From a virus (taxonomy: Duplodnaviria > Heunggongvirae > Uroviricota > Caudoviricetes), in the IMG/VR virus record IMGVR_UViG_3300008108_000006: 64,000 nt of DNA; one strand, 5' to 3'. The translations under genes and the position numbers were made by a program. The notes below the pieces were generated by a model. It was given only the letters and a program-made list of their open reading frames with translations. It was not told the origin of the DNA and searched no databases. Below, in pieces: positions 39,669 through 48,868 of this stretch; position 1 is the first letter of the stretch, and the number at the start of each line of letters is the position of its first letter.

Positions 39669-41648
39669 TTATACTAATTTTACATAGAATGTATCACCAC
39701 TCTCACTTGTTATCGGGTCGGAAGCTTCGGTTGTTAATAACACATATTCGGGTGTATAGTTACAACTTGAACAAAACAAATCAAGTAATGAAAATTTATT
39801 TTTTAATATTCTGAAATTATGTTGTATCTCGGGAACCGATAATGGTTGAATATAAAACCTAAATTGCGATATTGAACCGTCAAATGTTCCTGCGAAATTT
39901 TTCTCAATTATTATATTATTTGTTAAAGCACTTAAACTTGTTCCACTTAATACACTATCGGGGAAAAGTTGAGGATCTTGCTGATATGTCCAAGTACCAC
40001 CACTTGTTAAAGCACTAAACGTAAGATTTTCTCTTAGACCTTGTGTTCCACCACCCCAAGATAAATTAAACGGAACACCAACTTGTCTTTCACGTTTTGT
40101 ATTTAAGGGTCTTGGAATAACTTCTTCAAAATTATTTAAGACAAAAAACGGTTTTCCATTAACAGAAATTTTTAACTTACCGATTCTATCTGATTTTTGG
40201 TCTAAAAATTCTCTATTAATGTCAATAATCTCTTCCATTGCCGGAGAAAGATTATCATGGGTGATTGGTGGTCTAACCAACGATATTGAATTGTTTGCCG
40301 CAGTTGCAGTAAATGCCGAATAACTAATATCACCCAAACCTCCTCTCCACAATAAATCACATTTATCGTAGTAAGTATTTCTTTCAAATGTCGCATCAAT
40401 TAAAACCCAATGTGGGTATTCAATAAATGTGGTTCCCGTACAAGAATCATAAATACCGTTAGTTGAACAATAAGTTGAAACCGAATATCCACTAGAGTAT
40501 GTTAATCCTGTATTGAAACAAGAACCTGTCGTAATACAAGATCCTGTGAAATATAAAACTCTAACACAAATATTAGGATTCAATGGATTTCCACTAAACA
40601 TAATCGCTAATGAATTTGACATAGAGTCGTCTAGTGGATCCTTTATTGGGTTTTGAACGGTTTGTTCAGAAATTTTAGGACGAGAAAAATAATTTATAAT
40701 ATGTTCTGTGGTAGTTCCTGTTTTTGGATAAACTGTAACACATGTGGAATTAGTGATAGCACTATTATAACAAGCACTTGTACCTAAATCAGTAAGTCCC
40801 AACGTAACGGGTGTATAACCACTAGCAGCACCCGATAGTGTATAATCCGCAGGGTGATAAAACTTATCCTCGGCTCTTGTTCCCATATAAAAGAAAATAT
40901 TCTTGTTATTTGGGTATATTGTATTTAGGTTGGTTTCACCAGGTCCCGGTTCATATTCGGGAACAACTCTAGGTTTTAACACCATCTCTACCGTCCATCC
41001 TTTATGATACCTTTCGGGAATCACATCATAATCATATCCAAATAATTTATAAAATCCTTGGTAAAAAGAACCATACAAATCATTATAGTAACCTTCATTA
41101 AATCCGTTTTGAGAAACAATACCATAATCAGTTGTTGCGGTAATACCACTAAAATATGATGATAGTGTTGGTACCATAGATCTTACTTGGAACATCTTAA
41201 ATCTTCTATCGTATGAATACCTATCAAATTTTTGAGCGTTTGATAACAACCCCTTGGTATATGATATAGAAACCCCTGTAAGTCCCGACATTAATCCATT
41301 ATCAGTTCCGGTTAGTCCAATATCAAATAAAGTTTGACTTGAGTAACAACCACCACTTAATGAACTTGCGGGAATATTATCGGGATTATAATAACTTTTT
41401 GAAATTAAAATATTATTTGTATTGTAAGAATAATAATCTAAAGTTAATTGTTGATTACAATCTTCGGAATCTAAATCTATGTTAATAGGTAACTTATTTC
41501 CATCATTAACCCCAATAACATCATTAGAAAACACAACTTCTTCATTGAAATCTTTTTCATCCGATGTTAATGATAGGTCAGAAATATCCACTGCAGGTCT
41601 TAAAAAAACCTTTGGAAATACGTATTGATTTATATTTTGATATGCCAT
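39669..41648 (-). CDS. Structural protein with a LamG/concanavalin-like fold
   Basis: GWTVEMVLKP, KISVNG, FDGSISQFRFY..PLS..EI.HNF; probable start MAYQNI at 41648, after TATTTAT (track uses 41705). Confidence 0.6.
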   Translation of the reverse strand: MAYQNINQYVFPKVFLRPAVDISDLSLTSDEKDFNEEVVFSNDVIGVNDGNKLPINIDLDSEDCNQQLTLDYYSYNTNNILISKSYYNPDNIPASSLSGGCYSSQTLFDIGLTGTDNGLMSGLTGVSISYTKGLLSNAQKFDRYSYDRRFKMFQVRSMVPTLSSYFSGITATTDYGIVSQNGFNEGYYNDLYGSFYQGFYKLFGYDYDVIPERYHKGWTVEMVLKPRVVPEYEPGPGETNLNTIYPNNKNIFFYMGTRAEDKFYHPADYTLSGAASGYTPVTLGLTDLGTSACYNSAITNSTCVTVYPKTGTTTEHIINYFSRPKISEQTVQNPIKDPLDDSMSNSLAIMFSGNPLNPNICVRVLYFTGSCITTGSCFNTGLTYSSGYSVSTYCSTNGIYDSCTGTTFIEYPHWVLIDATFERNTYYDKCDLLWRGGLGDISYSAFTATAANNSISLVRPPITHDNLSPAMEEIIDINREFLDQKSDRIGKLKISVNGKPFFVLNNFEEVIPRPLNTKRERQVGVPFNLSWGGGTQGLRENLTFSALTSGGTWTYQQDPQLFPDSVLSGTSLSALTNNIIIEKNFAGTFDGSISQFRFYIQPLSVPEIQHNFRILKNKFSLLDLFCSSCNYTPEYVLLTTEASDPITSESGDTFYVKLV

Positions 41649-41653
41649 TATAG

Positions 41654-41680
41654 ATAAATACCTACTTGATGAGTATTTAT
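41654..41680. promoter_or_regulatory. Divergent pair of TATTTAT late-promoter motifs
   Basis: ATAAATA at 41654-41660 faces ATG 41648 (minus strand); TATTTAT at 41674-41680 faces ATG 41696 (plus strand). Confidence 0.7.
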
Positions 41681-41695
41681 AGTAAAAAAGTGTAA

Positions 41696-42541
41696 ATGAA
41701 ATCAACCACTTTAAAATTTGAAAATAATAATCTCCTTGTCACTATTATGGAATCTAGTGATGAGATTATCTTGCAGTATAATTTTACCGACACGTTAAAC
41801 GAAACAAAAAGTAAAACTAAATCCGTAAAATTAAAAAAAGACTCCAAGGGGGATATTAAAAAACTCATTAAGAATTTGGGAACTAAAAAGTTTTCAAAAG
41901 ATGATGTTGAGGATGAAGTTCTAAAAATTAAATCCAAGGGTGAGGTTAAAGAACTGATAGATGATGATGGAAGTTTTGCATCATCAAGAATTCCAATTAT
42001 AGATCCTAGATTGGCACCAAAGAAAACTATGGACCAAACTGTTGCAGCAACTCGTCAAACGATGAATCCTATTTTGAGGGGTTATCGTGTGTATTATGGT
42101 GAATCGGTAGTTAGAGAAACAGATATGTCCGACGCTTTTGGATATGAGGAAACTAAAGACATGAATGGTAAAGAAACATTTAAATATTTCAAAGAGACAT
42201 TAGGGTTGGATCCTATTGAGGCGGTTGAACGAACTAAACAACAAGGAAAAGATCCTTTTGGAAAAAAGACAAAAAACGCACCCAAGAAAATTAGAAAACA
42301 AAAAGGTTTTATTGATAGAATGACATTATCCGAAAAGGAATCTTTAGAAGAAATGGAAAAACAACAAATGTTGGATATGTTAGAAAATTTATTAAAAAAC
42401 AAGTCCGACGATCGTGATATCTATACAAATCATAAAAGTATTTCTAATAATATTAAAAGTCAGATTAAGAAAATTAAAAAACTTGCTGATGAAAATAATA
42501 TAGACCTAAAAAAATTGATAGATTCTTTTTACGATGAATAA
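41696..42541 (+). CDS. Hypothetical late protein
   Basis: 281-aa charged ORF at the head of an overlapping-gene operon. Confidence 0.6.
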   Translation: MKSTTLKFENNNLLVTIMESSDEIILQYNFTDTLNETKSKTKSVKLKKDSKGDIKKLIKNLGTKKFSKDDVEDEVLKIKSKGEVKELIDDDGSFASSRIPIIDPRLAPKKTMDQTVAATRQTMNPILRGYRVYYGESVVRETDMSDAFGYEETKDMNGKETFKYFKETLGLDPIEAVERTKQQGKDPFGKKTKNAPKKIRKQKGFIDRMTLSEKESLEEMEKQQMLDMLENLLKNKSDDRDIYTNHKSISNNIKSQIKKIKKLADENNIDLKKLIDSFYDE

Positions 42542-42992
42542 GAAATTATATGGTAAGGAATTTGAAGTTCCCGGTGAAGTAGTTGAATACTTGGATAAAT
42601 GTTTTAATGCGGTAAAATCTAAGGATGAGTCTGTAGAAGGTTATAAGAGAAATCGTGACCTTGTGAAAAACAAAAAAGTATCATACTCGGTATTAAAAAG
42701 AATAAAGAATTTTTTTGATACCTATCAAGGGAATAAGAAGGACGCACCTTTTGTATTGAATGGTGCAGATTATATGAAGAATTGGGTGGATAGTACATTA
42801 GAACATAGTAGGAGAAATATAAAATCCGCAGACCAACACAGAAAAGATGCAGGTATGGAAACAGAATATGTTGATAAGTTTAGCTCACAACAATTCAAAC
42901 CCCGAGATGTAAAGAAAGATATCACAAACATGGATATACAAGTAACAGAATCTCTTAAAAGAATAAACGAATTAATGAAAAAAATTCTTTAA
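42534..42992 (+). CDS. Hypothetical late protein
   Basis: 152 aa; C-terminal VTESLKRINELMKKIL. Confidence 0.6.
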   Translation: MNKKLYGKEFEVPGEVVEYLDKCFNAVKSKDESVEGYKRNRDLVKNKKVSYSVLKRIKNFFDTYQGNKKDAPFVLNGADYMKNWVDSTLEHSRRNIKSADQHRKDAGMETEYVDKFSSQQFKPRDVKKDITNMDIQVTESLKRINELMKKIL

Positions 42993-42993
42993 T

Positions 42994-43287
42994 ATGGCAT
43001 ATGAACCTTTAGATTTCTCACAACCAAATAACGAGTTGTCAAGAATCGCAGAAGAACAAAGAAAAAGATTAATACCAAGAAACGATTTCAAACCATTGGT
43101 TAATGAATATTCACAAACAAATCCTGACGCTGTTGCGGATGGAGATGACATGGGTAGGGGAACCGGTGCTTACTTGGATGTTCATAATGAAAATGGTGGA
43201 ACAATCATTGACATTAATGAAAGAAAAAATGAAATCAAAATTAATAAATATAAAAAAGCTAATCCATACACAATACCATCCGATTAA
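42994..43287 (+). CDS. Hypothetical protein
   Basis: 97-aa ORF packed within the operon. Confidence 0.6.
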   Translation: MAYEPLDFSQPNNELSRIAEEQRKRLIPRNDFKPLVNEYSQTNPDAVADGDDMGRGTGAYLDVHNENGGTIIDINERKNEIKINKYKKANPYTIPSD

Positions 43288-43694
43288 TGAAACTACTTAA
43301 GATCTTCAAATCACTAATTACCGAACAGGCTAGTATTGATACAATTACCGATGCTATCAAGAAGAAAAAAGTGCTCATCATTTACTATGATGGTGATGAA
43401 CCCGGAGGACGAGGACTTCGTGAAATAGAACCGGTATGTTACGGATATTCAAAAGCGAATAACCCCGTTTTACGTGCTTGGGATAGGGAGGGTGCGTCAC
43501 ATAGAGGATATAAGGGTGAAAAACCTTTACCCTCTTGGAGATTTTTTAGGTTAGATAAAATTCAATCAGTCAAACCAACAGGAGAAAATTTTACAGAAAT
43601 GAGACCAAATTTTAATCCAAGTGGTGACAAAAGTATGAATCGTGTTATAATTGTTGCTAAGTTCGATAATCCCGTACAAACAGCTGAAGTATGA
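43287..43694 (+). CDS. Stand-alone WYL-domain protein
   Basis: ITDAIKKKKVLIIYY...REIEPVCYG...VLRAWD...WRFFRLDKIQSV. Confidence 0.8.
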   Translation: MKLLKIFKSLITEQASIDTITDAIKKKKVLIIYYDGDEPGGRGLREIEPVCYGYSKANNPVLRAWDREGASHRGYKGEKPLPSWRFFRLDKIQSVKPTGENFTEMRPNFNPSGDKSMNRVIIVAKFDNPVQTAEV

Positions 43695-44266
43695 ATACAG
43701 AAAATGAATTAATTCAAAAACTTATGGTATCAAAAGCCATAATGGACAAACATCAAGGAATCAAACGAGGTAGTGTAGATTCTTTGGCATTAACAAATAA
43801 TATCCCAACCGTAGAAGGTTATGAATCGGTAAATGCTTCTTACAACATTCCACAAGAATTAATGTCAGAAGTTCAAATACCCACACCAACAAAACCATCG
43901 GGTCCCGTTACAAAAGAAAAAGTTTTAGGATCAAAACTACCCGATGAAATTAAAAGATTAATGTTAGAACATCCAATCTCACAACCACAACAATTTAGCC
44001 CAACATTATCCGACGAAGTTGTTGAGAAAGCGTCTAGATTGATGGGTACAAAAAAACCTGTAAATGAAACAGTAACACCAAAACAACAAACTATTATCAG
44101 AGAACAAGAAAATATTGATATAAAAAAGTTAATGGTAGAAACAGTTAAAGAGGTGTTGAAAGAATCAGGATTAATTGGTGGTCAAAACACAAAAGACACC
44201 ATAACCATTAAGGTAGGAAACCACATCTTCCAAGGGACCATAAATAAAATTAAAAAAGTTCCTTAA
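43691..44266 (+). CDS. Hypothetical protein
   Basis: 191 aa; SKLPDEIKRLMLEHPI and C-terminal IKVGNHIFQG. Confidence 0.6.
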   Translation: MNTENELIQKLMVSKAIMDKHQGIKRGSVDSLALTNNIPTVEGYESVNASYNIPQELMSEVQIPTPTKPSGPVTKEKVLGSKLPDEIKRLMLEHPISQPQQFSPTLSDEVVEKASRLMGTKKPVNETVTPKQQTIIREQENIDIKKLMVETVKEVLKESGLIGGQNTKDTITIKVGNHIFQGTINKIKKVP

Positions 44267-44269
44267 CAT

Positions 44270-44295
44270 AAACCCCGAAATATCGGGGTTTTTTT
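44270..44295 (+). terminator. Rho-independent terminator
   Basis: AAACCCCGA-AATA-TCGGGGTTT-TTTT right after the stop at 44266. Confidence 0.85.
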
Positions 44296-44343
44296 ATTTT
44301 ACTAATCACCATTTTTTTGTTATACTTTATAAAATTATTTTTT

Positions 44344-45561
44344 ATGAGTAAATCAAAAATTAAAGTATTAGTGATCCCATCAGATCGAACAGGTGTTGGT
44401 AAATTTCGTTCGGTAGATCCACACGTTTTCTTACAAAACCTATACCCTGAAGACTTCCACGTAGATATTGACTACAATCCAAACATGCAAGATATCCCAT
44501 TTTGGATGAATTATCAAATAGTTCATATACACAGAGTTATCGCAGGAAAATACGAAGAAACTGAAAATTTTATAAGAATATTAAAAACATTAGGGATAAT
44601 TACTATTGTTGATATTGATGATTATTGGTTACCAACAAGAGAACATCCTATACATGATATTATTCGTGTAAATAAAATTCACGAAAAAATTATCTCTATC
44701 TTAAAAGTGGCTGATTGGGTTACAACCACCACAACATTTTTTGTTGAGGAAATTAAAAAATACAACAAAAATGTAACAATTTTTCCAAACGCAATTAATC
44801 CAAAAGAACCGCAATTTAATGAACCTACAAAACCTTATGATAAGTTAAGAATTGGATGGTTGGGTGGTTCATCACACTTACATGACTTAATGTTCTTGGG
44901 GGATTGTTTTAATAAAGTAAATCCGATAAAGGACAAAATGCAAGTTTATATTTGTGGGTTTGATACTCGTGGAACCATGACAGAAATTAATGAACAAACC
45001 GGAGAACAAAAACAAAGACCGATTAAACCCGAAGAAACTGTTTGGTTTGAATATGAAAAAATATTCACAAGTAACTATTCCTTAATTTCTGAAGATTATA
45101 GAAAAGAACTAATGAAGTTCAAACCCGAACTTATTGGTAATTTTTCCGATGAATACTATCAAAGAGTTTGGACCAAACCTGTTACGTCATACGCAAAAAA
45201 TTATTCTAAATTTGATGTTTCTTTAGCACCAATTAAAGATCATATTTTTAATAGGGTTAAATCACAACTTAAAGTAATTGAAGCAGGGTTCTATAAGAAA
45301 GCTATTATTGCTTCAAATGTTGGACCATATACCATAGACTTGAAACATTGCTTGGAAAATGGTAACATTGTAGATGGGAACGCACTTTTGGTTGATGAAC
45401 ACCGAAACCATAGTGATTGGTTTAAATATGTTAAGAAATTAGTTGAAAACCCTAATATGGCATTTGATATGGGTCAAAGATTGTATGAAACGGTTAAGGA
45501 CACTTATGATTTGAATCAAGTAACCAAAACAAGAGCAGAATGGTATAAAACTTTAGTATAA
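44344..45561 (+). CDS. GT-B fold glycosyltransferase
   Basis: VDIDDYW, RIGWLGGSSH..D, DVSLAPI...FN..KS.LKVIEAG, IIASNVGPY; probable start MSKSK at 44344. Confidence 0.8.
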   Translation: MSKSKIKVLVIPSDRTGVGKFRSVDPHVFLQNLYPEDFHVDIDYNPNMQDIPFWMNYQIVHIHRVIAGKYEETENFIRILKTLGIITIVDIDDYWLPTREHPIHDIIRVNKIHEKIISILKVADWVTTTTTFFVEEIKKYNKNVTIFPNAINPKEPQFNEPTKPYDKLRIGWLGGSSHLHDLMFLGDCFNKVNPIKDKMQVYICGFDTRGTMTEINEQTGEQKQRPIKPEETVWFEYEKIFTSNYSLISEDYRKELMKFKPELIGNFSDEYYQRVWTKPVTSYAKNYSKFDVSLAPIKDHIFNRVKSQLKVIEAGFYKKAIIASNVGPYTIDLKHCLENGNIVDGNALLVDEHRNHSDWFKYVKKLVENPNMAFDMGQRLYETVKDTYDLNQVTKTRAEWYKTLV

Positions 45562-46259
45562 TGATAAACGCACCTCTAACAAAACTGTTGTTCCTTGACA
45601 TTGAAACTGTCGGGACTGAAAAGGATTTTTTCCATTTCACAAAAAATTACCCAAGAATTTCCGAGTTCTTTATTAAGAACCGATCTTGGTTAGATAAAAG
45701 ATATCCTGAACATCAGGATTCAACCATTGAAGAACTCTATCTAAGTGTATCAGCACTCATTCCTGAATTTGGAAAAATTGTTTGTGTTGCTGCGGGATTT
45801 GAAGATGGTAAAGGTAATTTTGTAACAAAAGTAATTAGTGGTGAAGAAAAACACATTTTAACCGAAACTCATTCCTTACTTAACAAAGTTCAAGGAATGG
45901 GTTTTTGGATTTGTGGTCATAATGTAAAATCATTTGATATTCCATATATCATTAAGAGAAGTTTGATGAATGGAATCAAACCATCATCATTACTACCAAC
46001 ACCTGACACCAAACCTTGGGAAGTAAAAGCGGTAGATACAAAAGAATTTTGGCAGTTGGGTAATTATACCTCACTATGTTCATTAGATTTAATGTGTGCA
46101 TCTATGGATGTTGAATCTTCTAAGGATGGTGAAGTAACGGGTAATAACTTACATTTTTCGTATTGGAATACGGACAGTCAAGAAAAAATAAACGAATACT
46201 GCGAAAAAGACATCAAAGTATTGTATCAAGTTGTAAAGAAATTTTATGAGCTTAAATGA
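45561..46259 (+). CDS. DnaQ-like 3'-5' exonuclease (stand-alone, PolB-exo-related)
   Basis: LFLDIET, GHNVKSFDIPY, YCEKD (DEDDy). Confidence 0.85.
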   Translation: MINAPLTKLLFLDIETVGTEKDFFHFTKNYPRISEFFIKNRSWLDKRYPEHQDSTIEELYLSVSALIPEFGKIVCVAAGFEDGKGNFVTKVISGEEKHILTETHSLLNKVQGMGFWICGHNVKSFDIPYIIKRSLMNGIKPSSLLPTPDTKPWEVKAVDTKEFWQLGNYTSLCSLDLMCASMDVESSKDGEVTGNNLHFSYWNTDSQEKINEYCEKDIKVLYQVVKKFYELK

Positions 46260-46887
46260 GAATGAAAACTTCCAAGATGATTTTAACTTGGAAAATGATG
46301 AAGAATTTATACAAATCCAACAAGAACTTGCGAATCTTTTGGAAAAATTACAGAATGGGGAATCTTTAGAATTTTTACCAGGTGAAGACCCATTTAATTT
46401 AATCAGTTCATTGGAACCTTCGGATATGGATACCATTCCATTAGGTTATGAATTTTTGATTAATGATGAAGTACTAAAAAACCAAATTACTCCTATGTAT
46501 AACTATGAGAGTGATTCAGGTTTTGATTTATTTAATGCAGGTCCTCACATAACTATAGAACCTCTCGGAAGAACCTTAGTACCCACAGGTATTAGATTAA
46601 ATATTCCAATAAATTGTGAAATTCAAATAAGACCAAAAAGTGGTTTGGCTTTAAAACAAGGACTTACTGTATTAAATACACCGGGAACTGTTGATCAGGG
46701 ATATACTGGTGAAATACAAGTGATTATATTTAATACCACAAACCAACAAGTATCAATACCAACCGGTATGAAAATTGCTCAAGCGGTTCTATGTCCTGTT
46801 TTTCAGGGTAAGAGTGTTAGTTTACTTGAGCGAAATGTTAGTGAGGGTGAAAGATCCGATAATGGTTTCGGGAGCACAGGAATATGA
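46246..46887 (+). CDS. dut: Trimeric dUTPase with an acidic N-terminal extension
   Basis: SGFDL, IRPKSG, GTVDQGYTGEI, KIAQ, RSDNGFGSTG. Confidence 0.93.
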   Translation: MSLNENENFQDDFNLENDEEFIQIQQELANLLEKLQNGESLEFLPGEDPFNLISSLEPSDMDTIPLGYEFLINDEVLKNQITPMYNYESDSGFDLFNAGPHITIEPLGRTLVPTGIRLNIPINCEIQIRPKSGLALKQGLTVLNTPGTVDQGYTGEIQVIIFNTTNQQVSIPTGMKIAQAVLCPVFQGKSVSLLERNVSEGERSDNGFGSTGI

Positions 46888-48092
46888 TTACAATAGGATA
46901 TAGTACAAGAAGTCATAAACCTGAGTTTATTGAATACTTAAAAAGTGCTGCTGGTCACCCAAAGGTACAAATCATTGAGAAAGTGAATAATGGTGAAAAA
47001 TCACTAAACCAAGTTTATAATGAGATTATTGAAGAATCGGAATTTGAGATTGTTGTGTTATGTCACGACGATATTTATTTTGATTCTAAAAATTTGGTAA
47101 AAAAGATTCAAAAACATTTTGATAAAACAGATTTTGGTATTTTAGGTGTTGCGGGAACAACTCAATTACCTAAATCCGGTATGTGGTGGGAAAACCGAAA
47201 AAAAATGTGTGGTATTGTTAATCACGAACACAATGGTAATAAATGGGAAAGTAGGTATTGTGACGACATTAATAATCAAATTAAATCGGTATGCTTAATA
47301 GATGGTTTATTTATTGCATTACATAAAAGTAGAATTAAAGAAAAATTTAATTCGGAATTAGAAGGGTTTCACTTTTATGATGTTTATTTTAGTTTCAGAA
47401 ATTTTCAAAAGGGGGTTAAAATAGGTGTTATATTTGACGTAAGGATTACACATCTTTCCATTGGAATGACTAATGAAAGTTGGGAATTAAATAGGAAAAA
47501 ATTTGTGGAAGAATATCAAACATTATTACCCGTGAGTTCAAAACCACACGACGATGAAAAACTTAAAATAATGATCCCTTTTACTAGTCAAAAAACTAAC
47601 AAAGAAAAAGATGATTTTATCGAATCTTTATGTGACTCTTTAAGAAAGTTTGGACATGATGTTTCAGTTGTTACTGAACAAGGAACAAGAATGTCATTAA
47701 TAATTAAGAATAAAGGTTTCAAATTATATCCAATAACCGAACCACCAGGATTTAAATTGGGTGATGGTAAATTTTCAGTCCAAACTAATGAAGGAATGGT
47801 ATTATCTAAAATTAATGAACTATACCCTATTAAAGAAGTTACTTACGATTTTATTTTATGTGTAGATACAATGATTTGTAAATATATTAATTTGATTTAC
47901 AATCAAATTGATAAAATTCAGTTAATAACAAATTTTAATAAAAATGAAAATAAATTTGAGAATAATATATCAAATAAACTTATTGTATCTGATAACGATA
48001 TTAAAGATCACTTAATAGAAGTTTATGAGATTGAAAACAAAATAACTGTTGGTGATATAATAAACGATTATAAGTTAATTTACAATGATTAA
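46884..48092 (+). CDS. GT-A glycosyltransferase with an additional C-terminal domain
   Basis: SLNQVYN, LCHDD, GILGVAG, IDGLF, FHFYD. Confidence 0.75.
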   Translation: MITIGYSTRSHKPEFIEYLKSAAGHPKVQIIEKVNNGEKSLNQVYNEIIEESEFEIVVLCHDDIYFDSKNLVKKIQKHFDKTDFGILGVAGTTQLPKSGMWWENRKKMCGIVNHEHNGNKWESRYCDDINNQIKSVCLIDGLFIALHKSRIKEKFNSELEGFHFYDVYFSFRNFQKGVKIGVIFDVRITHLSIGMTNESWELNRKKFVEEYQTLLPVSSKPHDDEKLKIMIPFTSQKTNKEKDDFIESLCDSLRKFGHDVSVVTEQGTRMSLIIKNKGFKLYPITEPPGFKLGDGKFSVQTNEGMVLSKINELYPIKEVTYDFILCVDTMICKYINLIYNQIDKIQLITNFNKNENKFENNISNKLIVSDNDIKDHLIEVYEIENKITVGDIINDYKLIYND

Positions 48093-48867
48093 AATTTTAA
48101 CTGGTTGGTCTAATGAAGGTGGTTCTACAACCGCATTTATAAATCTAACTAACGCATTTAATGAAAGAGGTATTGATTGTATTCTTTATGGTCCTCATGA
48201 ATGGCATTTGAACAAATGTAGGTCAGATCTTAGTAAAAATTTTAAGATGGATGTTAATGATAATGTTATTTTTCATTTTGTATCAATAGAAAACCGACCT
48301 AACGTTAAAAAAGTAATACTATCTTGTCACGAAACAAATGTTTTTGAAGTTTCAAAAGTTAAAAGATTTTGGGATGAAGTAGTATTTGTAACAAAAGACC
48401 AAAGATCTTATCACAAAGATTATAATGGTCCTTTTAGAATTATTCCAAATATAATTGAAGATATAAAGGTAAATAAAAAAGAAAATTTAGATAAAATTGC
48501 AGCAGTGATAGGATCCATTGATCAAAATAAACAAACACACGTTTCAATTTTTAGAGCACTTAAAGACCAATGTGAAAAAATATTATTATTTGGTAAAATA
48601 ACCGATAATGAGTACTTCAACACACAGATTAAACCACTGCTAAGTGACAGAGTCCAATATATGGGGTTTGTTGAAAATAAAAGTGATATTTACGATAATG
48701 TAGGTAGGGTCTATCTTTCCTCAAAAAAAGAAGTTGCACCATTAGTGAGAGATGAATGTTTAACGACAGATACTAAGTTTTTCGGTAATGATATGACTAA
48801 TGGTAACCATTATGATTTCACTAATGATGATATCATAGAATTATGGTGTAATATATTCAATATTTGA
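48085..48867 (+). CDS. GT-B glycosyltransferase
   Basis: GWSNEGGST, LSCHE, IIPN, VIGSIDQNK, SSKKEVAPLV. Confidence 0.65.
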   Translation: MIKILTGWSNEGGSTTAFINLTNAFNERGIDCILYGPHEWHLNKCRSDLSKNFKMDVNDNVIFHFVSIENRPNVKKVILSCHETNVFEVSKVKRFWDEVVFVTKDQRSYHKDYNGPFRIIPNIIEDIKVNKKENLDKIAAVIGSIDQNKQTHVSIFRALKDQCEKILLFGKITDNEYFNTQIKPLLSDRVQYMGFVENKSDIYDNVGRVYLSSKKEVAPLVRDECLTTDTKFFGNDMTNGNHYDFTNDDIIELWCNIFNI

Positions 48868-48868
48868 C

